From Ostreococcus lucimarinus (taxonomy: Eukaryota), in NCBI GenBank assembly GCA_000092065.1, contig CP000585.1: a stretch of DNA of 64,000 nucleotides; one strand, 5' to 3'. The notes under the pieces were generated by a model that had not been told where the DNA came from, did not search any database, and saw only the letters and a list, made by a program, of their open reading frames with translations. Of this stretch, positions 8,307-17,878 are shown piece by piece. The position numbers and the translations under genes are program-made. How positions within the stretch are numbered: the stretch's first letter is position 1; each line of letters begins with the position of its first letter.

Positions 8307-9401
8307 TTAATGATTATACGACGACGAATCCATGGACGCCATGCGTCCCGCCGTGAGGCGCATGTCGAAGACGTCGCTTCGTATGCTCCACTCCGCGCCC
8401 GCATTTCTACGCGTCGGGGCGTCAGGAATGGGAGGTTTCAAAAACGTCAGCGTCATCAACGCGCGACGCCCGTATTCGTTCGCACCGCCTTGGTGAAATG
8501 TGCGCGCATCGTACAACACGGCATCGCCTTTACGCAACTCGGCGTCGCAACACCTCGATTTGGCGAGTCGCGCAAACTGTTCTTCGTTCCACTTCGTCAC
8601 CGGAAACGCGTCGTGTGACGCCTTGTCTTGCGTGCCGAGCACAAAACACGTCGGTCCCATCTCCGGGATGACGTCTTGTAGCGCTATGAACAAAGAATAC
8701 AGCGGCGCGTGCGGCGCGTCGAACGCCACATCCGGATGCAAAACTTGTCTATCCGCCCCTCGTTCTGTCGCCAGCACGCTCATCTCCACCATCATCGCCT
8801 CCGCAGTTGCGTCTTCGACGTGCTCTAATATCGAATTCACCCCTCCTCGACCGCACGCTCGCAACAGCAAATCACGCGTGGCCCCATCGAATCCGAGCTT
8901 GACGTCGGTGCGCCGCAACGCGTCCCCGTACGTCGCCTTGACGGAATCACAAATCACGTTCAACTCCCCGAGCACCGCATCACACGCATCGTGCGGGACG
9001 ACATCTTTCAAAAATACCGCCCCATCGCGCTTCAACACCGCCGCGGCGTCGCGCGCGTCGTCATTCGTAATTATCCTTCGCGCCGCCGGCGCCGCCGCGA
9101 GCGCCCCGCCTCGCACCATCGCCTCGCGCTGCGCCGCGCTCTCCACTCTCAGGTACGTCGCGAGCGCGACTTCGGGCGATGAAGGTCCGAGTCCGTCGTC
9201 TTCACCGCCGTCCACGGCGTCGAGCGCCGGATCGACGACGGCGGTGACAAAGTCACTGATTCGTCTCCATACATTCGTCCGCGTCATCGTCCTATCGCGT
9301 CGCGACGTCGCGGCGCTCGTCGACGCGCGCCGCGACCGCGAGACGCGATCGCTCGACGCCGCGCGCGCGGCGACGGCTGGCGACGCGACGACGCGCGTCA
9401 T
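8307..9401 (-). CDS. PhyH-like Fe(II)/2-oxoglutarate oxygenase, paralog B, convergent with paralog A.
   Basis: The core ADRQVLHPDVAFDAPHAPLYSLFIALQDVIPEMGPTCFVLGTQD...AVLYDARTFHQGGAN is clearly homologous to the core of 7195..8301. The ATG is at 9401 (MTRVVAS...). The two stop codons are 5 bp apart. Confidence 0.6.
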   Translation of the reverse strand: MTRVVASPAVAARAASSDRVSRSRRASTSAATSRRDRTMTRTNVWRRISDFVTAVVDPALDAVDGGEDDGLGPSSPEVALATYLRVESAAQREAMVRGGALAAAPAARRIITNDDARDAAAVLKRDGAVFLKDVVPHDACDAVLGELNVICDSVKATYGDALRRTDVKLGFDGATRDLLLRACGRGGVNSILEHVEDATAEAMMVEMSVLATERGADRQVLHPDVAFDAPHAPLYSLFIALQDVIPEMGPTCFVLGTQDKASHDAFPVTKWNEEQFARLAKSRCCDAELRKGDAVLYDARTFHQGGANEYGRRALMTLTFLKPPIPDAPTRRNAGAEWSIRSDVFDMRLTAGRMASMDSSSYNH

Positions 9402-9503
9402 GACGACCGCGAAGTGACGTCAAAAAGTGTCACTTTTTGCGCATAAAAACTCCGCGTCACACGCGCGCGCGAGCGACCGCGGCGACCGCCGAGACGACGC
9501 GGT

Positions 9504-10977
9504 GATGACGTCCAAACCCGCGTCTTCGAAGTCCGCGGGGAAGCGCGCGGCGGAAGCGCGCGGGCGCGACGCGGGCGGCGGCGGCGGCGGCGCCTTTGCG
9601 AAGTGGCTTCGGGACAACAAAGTTGAGCTCGACGGCGTGGAGGTGGCGCGATTCGCGCGCACGGGGCGCGGCGTGCGAGCGACGCGTGATTTGCGCGTCG
9701 GTGAAGTCGTCGTGAGCGTTCCGGACGATGCCGTGCTCACGGTGGATGCGTGCGCGGTGAAGAAGGAATTGGGGGAGTTCGTCGGCGACGGGGACGACGA
9801 GGCGCCGTCGCCGCGGCTGGATAAAGAGCTGTTGGTCATCGCGGTGATGTGCGAGATGTGCGCGGGTAAGTCGAGCGCGTGGTGTGAGTATTTGGAGACC
9901 GTGCACGAGGCCGTGCGCGTCGGACACTCCGTGTTGGCGTGGGACGACGAACAGGTGACGGCGCTCTTCGGCACGGACGCGTGGCGAGACGCGTACGAAA
10001 ACGACGACGAGACGCTCGACCTTCCGATGATGACGGAGGAGCATTTTGAAAACGTTGTTACACTGTTTTTCAAGCTCTTTCCAAAACTGGCGAGCGGACT
10101 TTCTGTGGAAGCGCTGCGCGAACTTCATTTCGCGGCGACGGCGATGGTGGCGGGGTACTCGTTCACCCTTGGCGACGACGAGATTCAGGCCATGGTTCCG
10201 TTCTGGGACATGCTCAATCACGCGCCACCGTGCGAGGCTTCGGTGCGGCTGCATCACGATCAAAAGAATGGATGCTTGCAAATGATTACCGTGCGTGGAG
10301 TGAAGAAGGGCGAGGAAGTGTTCAACACGTACGGGCCGCTGCGAAACGCCGAGCTGTTGCGACGATACGGCTTCGTTTTGCCGCGGAACCCGCACGGTGG
10401 TACCACGGTAGGCTTGGCCGAGGTGATTCAGGCTGCCATGGGGGCAAATCCGCTCGTTGTGGACGAGCTGCCGCTTCGTTTAGCATGGCTCGAGTCTCGC
10501 GGTTTGGCGGACGAGGAGCTCAGCACGAGATTCTTCGTGCACCGGACTGGACGCCCGAGCGATAAACTTTTAATCGCGATGCGTTTGCTCACGCTTAAGC
10601 CGGAAGAGATGACGGCGCTCATAGAAGCCGACTTTGATGACGAAGAGCAGTTGATGCTTTTAGAAGGAAACGATGAAGAACGAACAGAGCAGTCATACAT
10701 GGTCGGCGCGTCGTTGCAATTTTTGGGCATGTATGCCAAATCGCGTTACGCCGAGTCCATGAAGGCGTCTCGTTTGACGTATAAAATGTACGCCAGTGTG
10801 TCGCCGCATGTGCAGAAGCATGAGAGTATCTATCGTGCGTGGGCCGCCGCTGTGGTGCGCATGGATGAGCAGCGTGCGTTGACGAAGCTTGGACGATGGA
10901 CGTACCACCCCGGACGATCCGAAGACGCGCTTTTGCACGCGTGGCCGTTTCCCGTGGCAGACGAAGAGGGGAGGTAG
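9504..10977 (+). CDS. SET-domain protein lysine N-methyltransferase with a Rubisco-LSMT-type substrate-binding C-terminal domain (SETD3/SETD6/LSMT-like).
   Basis: The SET N-region reads VELDGVEVARFARTGRGVRATRDLRVGEVVVSVPDDAVLTV. The SET core reads MVPFWDMLNHAPPCEASVRLHHD...GEEVFNTYGPLRNAELLRRYGFVLPRNPHG. The track start is GTG; the first ATG is at 9504 (MTSKPASS...). Confidence 0.65.
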
Positions 10978-10981
10978 TAGT

Positions 10982-11659
10982 CTATTGTTGTTTATCATCA
11001 CATCGATCGTCCAGTCGCATTCCTTGCGGAACGTTGTGTCCTCCGGGCGGAGTGCAATCGATAAAGGCGCCGGCGTCGCCGAATTCGCCCGCGCGATCGG
11101 CGACCCAGATTCTATCGATTGCCTCGGCGTTTATCAGCCCGTGCACGCGCACGCGATCACCAGTATCCGACGTAGACCCCCATCGATCGTGCGCGAGCAC
11201 CTTTTCGTCCGGCGCCGCGCTCGGTTCGTCTTCGTCCTCCACCACGGTGATGTCTGACACGTCGGTCAACTTGGCACCGTCAATCTGTATGACGTAATAC
11301 ATCCCTTTCTTCCGCCGCAGGCGCGCGTTTGCGTGCAGCTGCAAAGATCGCAGATTCGTAAACGCGTCGATGTGTCCTAACAAGTGAAAGTCCTCGCTCG
11401 CAAACATCCGCGTCCTCGATTTCGATTGCCCAGCGGCGTCCTCACCGCCTCCGTCGCTCGTCGCCGTCAGCGGCAGCTGCGCGTTGAACCTCTGCGCCTC
11501 GCACAAAACGTACAGATGACACTCCCCGTCCGTGACTTGAGACGGCGTCTTGTACACTCCTCGAAACTTGATGCGTTTCGCGCGACGAAACAACTCATCG
11601 TTCGGCAGCCCAACCTGCGCGGCGCGCGGCGAGTCGAAATCGAATCGCGTCAGTCGCAC
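10982..11659 (-). CDS. Hypothetical conserved-looking protein with uncertain 5' structure. The track start is GTG and the first in-frame ATG is at 11407. An upstream exon is possible.
   Basis: Non-repetitive translation ...GVYKTPSQVTDGECHLYVLCEAQRFNAQLPLTATSDGG...MFASEDFHLLGHIDAFTNLRSLQLHANARLRRKKGMYYVIQIDGAKLTDVSDITVVEDEDEP...RIWVADRAGEFGDAGAFIDCTPPGGHNVPQGMRLDDRCDDKQQ. I do not recognise the family. Confidence 0.3.
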   Translation of the reverse strand: MRLTRFDFDSPRAAQVGLPNDELFRRAKRIKFRGVYKTPSQVTDGECHLYVLCEAQRFNAQLPLTATSDGGGEDAAGQSKSRTRMFASEDFHLLGHIDAFTNLRSLQLHANARLRRKKGMYYVIQIDGAKLTDVSDITVVEDEDEPSAAPDEKVLAHDRWGSTSDTGDRVRVHGLINAEAIDRIWVADRAGEFGDAGAFIDCTPPGGHNVPQGMRLDDRCDDKQQ

Positions 11660-11925
11660 CGACGCCGCGCGCGCGTCGCGATCGAACGAACGCGCGCACG
11701 CATCGCACGCACCACGCTCGCATCCGTCAAGCTCTGCATCCCGGCCTCGCGCGAGCCCGCGTCGTCGCGCTTCACACTGACGTCGCGTCGTGCGTCGTGC
11801 GTTTTATCGAGCGTTTTTTCCCCGCCGCATCCTCTTTTCTTTCGGGTCGACGCGGCGTCGGTGCGTGGTGTTCGTAGTCGTGTTGAATCCACGCGTATCT
11901 GTCTATTACGTGCACATCGCTAGAG

Positions 11926-12560
11926 CTATCCCACCATTTTCAAGCACCGCGTCTCCGCGTGCACGGCGGAGCACTTTTTCGAGCAAAAGCGCATCCCGCA
12001 GCGAGCGCAGCCGTACGGCGCTTGAAACCCGCACACGCTACAAAACTTCCTCGGCGCGCCCGCCTTCGACGGTCCCGCCGCGGCGGTGAGATACGTCGGC
12101 GTACCCTCAGGCGCGCGATCGATGAAGCTCTGCTCGAGCAGGGCGTTGAAGGTGCGCGCCGCCACCGCCCGTCTGTTCTCCGCCACGCCTCGCGTCGTGC
12201 GTTTGCCCGCCTTCTTTTTTCCTTTCACGATCACCGCCTCCCCATCGCGTGCGTTTTCGTTGAACACGAATTCATCGTCGTCTTCGTCTTCCCCCTCGCC
12301 CTCGCCGGTGGTGCCGGGAACGATGGCGACGTCGGATTCGAACGAGTCCAAGCGCGCCGCCGCCACCTCGGCGCGCGTCGCCGCGTCCACCCTTCGCAGC
12401 GCCTTACTGATCTTCCGCGCCCGTCCGCTCTTTCGCGCCCCGTCCGCGGACGCGCCACCGAGCGCGCCACCCGCGCTCGCGCCCGCGCTCGCGTTCGACG
12501 CGCTCGCGACGCCGAACCGCGACGACGCGAGTTCGGGGGTGACGTCTTGTACGAAATCCA
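11926..12560 (-). CDS. HIT-type zinc-finger protein (ZNHIT1 / Vps71-like).
   Basis: The C-terminal zf-HIT reads FCSVCGFQAPYGCARCGMRFCSKKCSAVHAETRC. The first ATG is at 12560 (MDFVQDVTPE...). The ORF-track 5' extension begins with a non-ATG codon. Confidence 0.6.
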
Positions 12561-12921
12561 TGACGGCGGAAACGACGCTTTCACCGCGTCGCTCGGCGCG
12601 CGCGAGACGACGATCGACGTTTGACACGCCTGATGGCGTTTGAGACGCCCGACGCCGAGTCGCGACGACGCGCGCGCGCGAGATGCGGCGCGAACTGCGG
12701 CGCGTCTCGCGCGCGACTTCGACCAAACCTCGAGCGCGCGACGCCGACGGCGAGGATTCGATTCGAAACTTTACTGCGTACACATCGATTAAAACGAGGC
12801 CTAGGCGATCGTCACTAATTGTTCAAAATTTATTTCCCTCGTTCGCCGAACCCGCGCGGCGTCGACGTCGATCGTCGCGTCGCCGACGTCGCGCGTCGGC
12901 GCGAAGAATGCTTCAATTCGC

Positions 12922-13392
12922 TCACTTGTCCTTATTCTTCTTATCCTTTTTGTGCGACTTGTCCTTCTTGTGCTTGTCCTTCATCGCCGGGGGCGTGGAC
13001 ACCGGGTTCAGCGACCCACCGCCCTGCAGGCTTCCCTGCGTCCTCGACTTTTTCTCTCTCCAGCGTCGCGCGCACTCCGTGAACACCTCCTTCGGGCTCA
13101 GGTCTCCTCGCTCCACCCGCACGCGTTGCACCTCATCCTTCATGAACATGTTGAACGCCGTCGGCGCGCGCGGCGGTTTCAATTCGCGCTTCTGCGCCTT
13201 CGTCAGCCGCTTTCCCTCGCTGTCCATCCCGCGTCCGCGCTTCACGAGCGTCGATTCGTTCGGAATCTTTGCGAATTTCGACAGCATTCCCGACGCTTCG
13301 TGCGCCGCCTCCGCCATCTTCGCGAACGCCGGCGCCAATCGTTTCGCCAGCTCCATCGCCGTCATCTCCTCGTCCCGCTCGTCGTCCGACAT
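12922..13392 (-). CDS. Small HMG-box DNA-binding protein with a lysine-rich tail.
   Basis: The HMG box reads KPPRAPTAFNMFMKDEVQRVRVERGDLSPKEVFTECARRWREKK. The tail reads KDKHKKDKSHKKDKKNKDK. The ATG is at 13392 (MSDDERDEE...). Confidence 0.65.
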   Translation of the reverse strand: MSDDERDEEMTAMELAKRLAPAFAKMAEAAHEASGMLSKFAKIPNESTLVKRGRGMDSEGKRLTKAQKRELKPPRAPTAFNMFMKDEVQRVRVERGDLSPKEVFTECARRWREKKSRTQGSLQGGGSLNPVSTPPAMKDKHKKDKSHKKDKKNKDK

Positions 13393-13480
13393 CGCCTTGC
13401 GCGCGCGGTCGTCCGCGTGTGTCGTCGTCGCGCGATTCGAATTCGAATTCAAACGGGCGCGCGCGGGCGGTCGACGAGTG

Positions 13481-13538
13481 AGACTGAATCTCACACACGG
13501 AGTCGTATGTATTTTAAGACTGAATCTCACACACGGAT
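13481..13538. repeat. Direct repeat of a 21-22 bp element, AGACTGAATCTCACACACGGA, present twice 36 bp apart and flanking an AT-rich tatgtatttta. It lies in the HMG-box / cysteine-synthase bidirectional promoter, and (GAATTC)3 sits just upstream at 13436-13455.
   Basis: I read the two copies directly at about 13481-13502 and 13517-13538. Confidence 0.7.
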
Positions 13539-13723
13539 ATCGGACGCGATCGCTCGATCGATGGAAGACTGCGCGACGCGCGCGCACACGGCGACGCTCG
13601 GCGACGCCGCGCGACGGACGACGCGACGTGAAGCGACGCGACACGCGCGGTTTTCGACGCGAGCGTTCGGTGAATTAAAGCGACGTAAAAAGTAACGCAA
13701 TCGACGCGCGTCGCGATCGAAGG

Positions 13724-14905
13724 ATGACGACGACGCGCGGGATGACGATGCGAGCGCATCACGCGCGCGCGACGGTGACGACGACGAAGAGAGGGCGATG
13801 CGAGCGACGCGATAGGGCGCGAACGACGCCGCGGGCGCGGATTTATGAAAATATTCTCGAGACGGTCGGGGACACGCCGGTGATCAAGGTCAACCGACTG
13901 GCGCCGGCGGGGATCGATATGTACGTCAAGTGCGAGTATTTTAATCCGTTGAGCAGCGTGAAGGATCGATTGGCGGTGGCGGTGATCACGGATGCCGAAC
14001 GACGGGGGTTGTTGAAGCCGGGGGATACGGTGGTGGAGGCGACTTCGGGCAACACCGGGATCGCGGTGGCAATGGCGTGCGCTCAACGCGGCTACAGATG
14101 CGTCATCTGCATGGCCGAGCCGTTTTCTGTGGAACGTCGGAAGATCATGCGCATGCTCGGCGCGAAAGTCATCGTGACGCCGAAGGGGGGTAAAGGTACG
14201 GGGATGGTGGCCAAGGCGGAGGAATTGGCGGAAAAGAATGGTTGGTTTTTGTGCCGACAATTCGAGAACGAAGCCAATCCCGCGTACCACGCCTCGACTA
14301 CGGGGCCGGAAATCTTGCGAGACTTCGCGGGTAAGAAGCTCGACTATTTCGTCACCGGTTACGGCACCGGCGGTACGTTCCAGGGCGTCGCGCGAACGCT
14401 CAAGGAATCTCGTCCGGACACCAAGGTGATTTTGCTCGAACCCGAAGCCGCGGCGTTGGTGACTTCCGGCATCAAGACCGAGCGTAAGCCCACGGGCGCC
14501 CCGAATGGGTCTCATCCGGCGTTCGCGGCGCACCCTGTGCAAGGTTGGACGCCCGATTTCATCCCTTTGGTTCTCGAAAATGGTTTGAACATGAACCTCT
14601 ACGACGAACTCGTGAAGATCGAAGGCGGCGACGCCGTCAAGACGGCGCAAGCGTTGGCGAGAAGCGAAGGTATCTTCACCGGTATTTCTGGTGGCGCCAC
14701 GTTCGCCGGTGCGCTCAAGGTTGCCGAAAAGGCGCCGAAGGGCTCGGTGATCTTGGCGATGTTGCCGGATACGTCTGAGCGTTACATGAGCACGCCACTT
14801 TACGACTCGATCGAGGCGGACATGAACGAGGAAGAGCTCGAGATCGCGAAGTCGACGCCGTCTTTCCAACTTATCCCGGGCCAAGAACCGACGCTGCAAA
14901 TGTAA
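13724..14905 (+). CDS. Cysteine synthase / O-acetylserine (thiol) lyase (PLP-dependent) with an N-terminal organellar-targeting-like extension.
   Basis: Diagnostic segments are present: PVIKVNRL, EYFNPLSSVKDRLAVAVI, VVEATSGNTGIAVAMACAQRGYRCVICMAEPFSVERRKIMRMLGAKVIVT and GISGGATFAGALKVAEK. The ATG is at 13724. The first 45 aa are basic and S/T/R-rich. Confidence 0.85.
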   Translation: MTTTRGMTMRAHHARATVTTTKRGRCERRDRARTTPRARIYENILETVGDTPVIKVNRLAPAGIDMYVKCEYFNPLSSVKDRLAVAVITDAERRGLLKPGDTVVEATSGNTGIAVAMACAQRGYRCVICMAEPFSVERRKIMRMLGAKVIVTPKGGKGTGMVAKAEELAEKNGWFLCRQFENEANPAYHASTTGPEILRDFAGKKLDYFVTGYGTGGTFQGVARTLKESRPDTKVILLEPEAAALVTSGIKTERKPTGAPNGSHPAFAAHPVQGWTPDFIPLVLENGLNMNLYDELVKIEGGDAVKTAQALARSEGIFTGISGGATFAGALKVAEKAPKGSVILAMLPDTSERYMSTPLYDSIEADMNEEELEIAKSTPSFQLIPGQEPTLQM

Positions 14906-15046
14906 GGCGCTCGCGAAAGCCGTGTGACGCAAGTTTTTTGAAGTTTAATAAAGTCAAATCAAGTTTCATAAAGTCGTCATCCAATAACAAAAATCTCGGC
15001 TAATGATCTGCGGCGTTGCGTGCGATAAAATCCGTGCTAATCGATC

Positions 15047-15892
15047 TCAAGGTGGCGACGAATCCGCGTCGTCGGCGTCTCTTCGTTCCTCCGCCCTCTT
15101 TTTCGCCTTTCTCCGCACTCTCGCCGTCCAAATGGTATCGCCCATCCCCGCCTCCGCTCGCGTCAAGCTCTCCTCTCTCTCCTTCGCCTTTTCCCAAATC
15201 AACCTCAACGTATCCGCCCTCTGCTGCAACTCCACGCGCCATAATAAACTCCCTATGATCATCACGCACGCATCGCTCAGCGCGCTCGCCACGGGCGACT
15301 CAAAACTCCCCGGCTCCATCGCAATCATCACCGCCTGCGCCGCCGCCGCGCTCGCGCTCAGCGCGTACACCACCAACCTCGGCCGTCTCAGCGGCGACGA
15401 CTTCCGCTCCGCCTCTATGATCGCTTGTGGCACGAATTCAGCGCCGACGACTCGTTCGAGTCGAGTTCCACTCTCGCTCGCGTCTCGCAGCGCCTCGACG
15501 CTGAAGATTTCCCGCAGCGGCGACGACGACGTATCGACGAGCAATTCCTTCCGCTTCGCGTCCACGTCGGGGTCGTCGTCCCACGCACCGTCGTCCCACG
15601 CATCGTCTTTGCTCTCGTCGTCGTCCGCCTCGCGCGCGCGCGCGCGCGCGCTCGCGCCGCGTTCAATGCTTTCGTCACGCGCGACAGCCCCACCGACGGC
15701 GCCGACGCGCGAGCGCGCCGACGCGCGCGCGACCCGCGGCGCGCGACGACGCGTCGACGGTGCGGATGCCGACGTTGTCGTCGCGCGGTGCGGCGAAATC
15801 GCGCGCATCGCACCGCGCGCGACGAACTGACGACGTCGCGCGCGAGGGTTGGTCCCTCGAGCGAGCGTCGCCGCTCGAGGTCGCGCGTCCAT
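15047..15892 (-). CDS. Hypothetical protein with a basic, transit-peptide-like N-terminus, an acidic DDWDD stretch and a conserved-looking C-terminal half.
   Basis: The ATG at 15892 is verified (MDARPRAA...). The translation ...EADDDESKDDAWDDGAWDDDPDVDAKRKELLVDTSSSPLREIFSVEALRDASESGTRLERVVGAEFVPQAIIEAERK...LLWRVELQQRADTLRLIWEKAKEREESLTRAEAGMGDTIWTARVRRKAKKRAEERRDADDADSSPP looks more protein-like than the overlapping plus-strand ORF 15003..15830. Confidence 0.4.
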   Translation of the reverse strand: MDARPRAATLARGTNPRARRRQFVARGAMRAISPHRATTTSASAPSTRRRAPRVARASARSRVGAVGGAVARDESIERGASARARAREADDDESKDDAWDDGAWDDDPDVDAKRKELLVDTSSSPLREIFSVEALRDASESGTRLERVVGAEFVPQAIIEAERKSSPLRRPRLVVYALSASAAAAQAVMIAMEPGSFESPVASALSDACVMIIGSLLWRVELQQRADTLRLIWEKAKEREESLTRAEAGMGDTIWTARVRRKAKKRAEERRDADDADSSPP

Positions 15893-15980
15893 CGTCGTTC
15901 GTCGGCGAACGTCGTCGGCGCGCGGACGCGATCGTCGCGCGCGGAGGGAAATCGGGAATTGTGTTACAGCGAGGCGCGCG

Positions 15981-17820
15981 CTACGATTTTTCGATCGTGT
16001 CGTCGACTTGTCGAAGCTTTTCGAGCGTCTTCGTGAGGTCGTCGATTTTGGATTTGAGCGCAGCGATGGCGTCGTCGCGGGACGCGGTCGACAGCGATGG
16101 TGGTGGTGAAGACGTGAGCTCGGCGCTCGGGGTGGGATCTATGCCGCCGACGTTCGCCGCTGCGGACGCGTTCGAAGCGTTGGGGGTGTTCGCTCCGACA
16201 AAATCTGGATCGATTGGTACGTCGCACGAGTGAATGCACGACTGTGATTCTTCCTGAGAGAAACCGATGATGTCCAGCTTACACATCGACGGACCGCAGC
16301 ACGGGGGTTGAATGACGTATTGAAAGTTTCCAAAACGTCCATCGCCTGGGAGCATGCCGGCGTACAATTTTTTCGCCGTGCGCTCGAATCCGAGGTCCAA
16401 CAAGTCGTGCACGCGCGCCTTGAATTTCGTGGCAAACTCGGGAGTAGCCATACCAAAGTACTCGTACACTTCTTCTTCTTCCATTGCGTCCACTTTTCGC
16501 AAGAATTCTTCAAACTGCTTTGGATACTTTTTACCGATCGACCCTCCGTCGACGTAGCATCGATAATCGAGCATCGCACCGAGAGTTGAAGGGGAGGGCC
16601 GCGCGGTATCACAGTTGTTCCGCAACGAACAGACCGTATGTATGAAGCCAACCCGGTAGGTTTCGAACTTTTGGCCTCCAGGAATAAGCATCGAATTCAA
16701 TTGGTTACGCATCGAGCTCTCGTTATCGATGCCGTGAATTAGACCATCCTCCGTGATGAATATGTTCTGACCGTGCCTATCGCCTTGTGAGGTCAGCAAA
16801 TCAAAAAGTGCCAATTTGAGTATCCTATCTGGGTCTATTTTGCGAAGTAACTCCAACAGCGTTGGCGTTATCCTTGGACCAAGAGATTCAAATCCGACGC
16901 CTGGCGCCGCGCCAAAGACCATGACGTCCATGTCTTGCTTCACACCCGACGACGTCTCCTTCCCCTCATCCCAGGGTGCGAAAGTTTTGGCCCGCATATA
17001 CTTAGCGCGTGGAATCACATCGCTCAACCCCGCTTCGTGTGATATCTTATCCAGGGCGCCCAGAAACGCTCCGTTACAAAACGTCCTCTTAGCCATGCCG
17101 CGCTCCGCTGAACAAAACGGCCCCTTCGTAAACGTCGGATGACTCGTCACCCTGTCGCTGCACGTTTCGCTCACCGTATCTTTCGTCCATATGAGTCGCT
17201 TGTAATCGCCTCTCACCCCACACCACGCCTTGACGAACACATCGAGCACCTCACCGTTCTCGCCGTCGCCGCCGCCGCTGAAGAAATCGCCATCCATGAT
17301 TTTCCCTTTCCACACCGGCGCGCCGCTCGCGCCGTGCGGTACGTCGACCGCGTCATCCCTAAACGTCGCCCGTTGTTCCATGCGCCCGATCAACACGTTA
17401 CATCCGTAACACGTCTTACAGTGCACTTTCCGCTTCGTCTTCTTCGTCGGCGCGTTCAACGCCACGCCGTCTGGCGCGTCGCCGAGCGCGCACGCCTCGC
17501 ACGTATCGCACGCGTCGTACGTCCCGACGAATCCGCCTTCGTCCTCGTCCTCGCCGTCGTCGTCCGAGCGAAATCCCGGTTCTTCCTCGTCGTCCTCCTC
17601 GCCGTCATCGTCGCCTTCGCGCGCCGCCTCGACGTCCCCGCGCGCCGCCGCCGCCTCGCGCGCCTCGCGCAGGCGCGCGCGCGCGCGCTCGACGTTCGAC
17701 GACGCGCTCGCGTCGACAACGCGCGCGCGCGCGACGACGAGCGCGCACGCGCACGCCGCGGCGAGCGCGACGACGCACCATCGCCGCGCGCGGCGTGCGC
17801 GGCGCGGGCGCGACGGCATC
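15981..17820 (-). CDS. Signal-anchored protein with a Cys-rich region and an atypical kinase-like domain carrying a PI3K/PI4K-type GDRHxxN catalytic-loop motif.
   Basis: The ATG at 17820 begins MPSRPRRARRARRWCVVALAAACACALVVARA (hydrophobic signal/anchor). An acidic tract EGDDDGEEDDEEE follows. A Cys cluster reads CDTCEACALGD...HCKTCYGCN. Then comes LFDLLTSQGDRHGQNIFITEDGLIHGIDNESS, i.e. DRHxxN plus IDN roughly where DFG would sit. A C-terminal coiled coil reads DDAIAALKSKIDDLTKTLEKLRQ. The kinase assignment is tentative. Confidence 0.4.
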
Positions 17821-17878
17821 GCGCGCGCGACGGCGCGATGTGATGGTTCGGTTCGGTTGGTTGCGCGCTTGCAGAGCT

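Noticed and set aside
15003-15830. The plus-strand ORF (275 aa) overlapping the minus-strand gene at 15047..15892.
   Set aside because: Its translation is S/A/L-rich and low in charged residues, with no motifs. The minus-strand frame has a verified ATG and a more protein-like composition. Strand choice remains only moderately confident.
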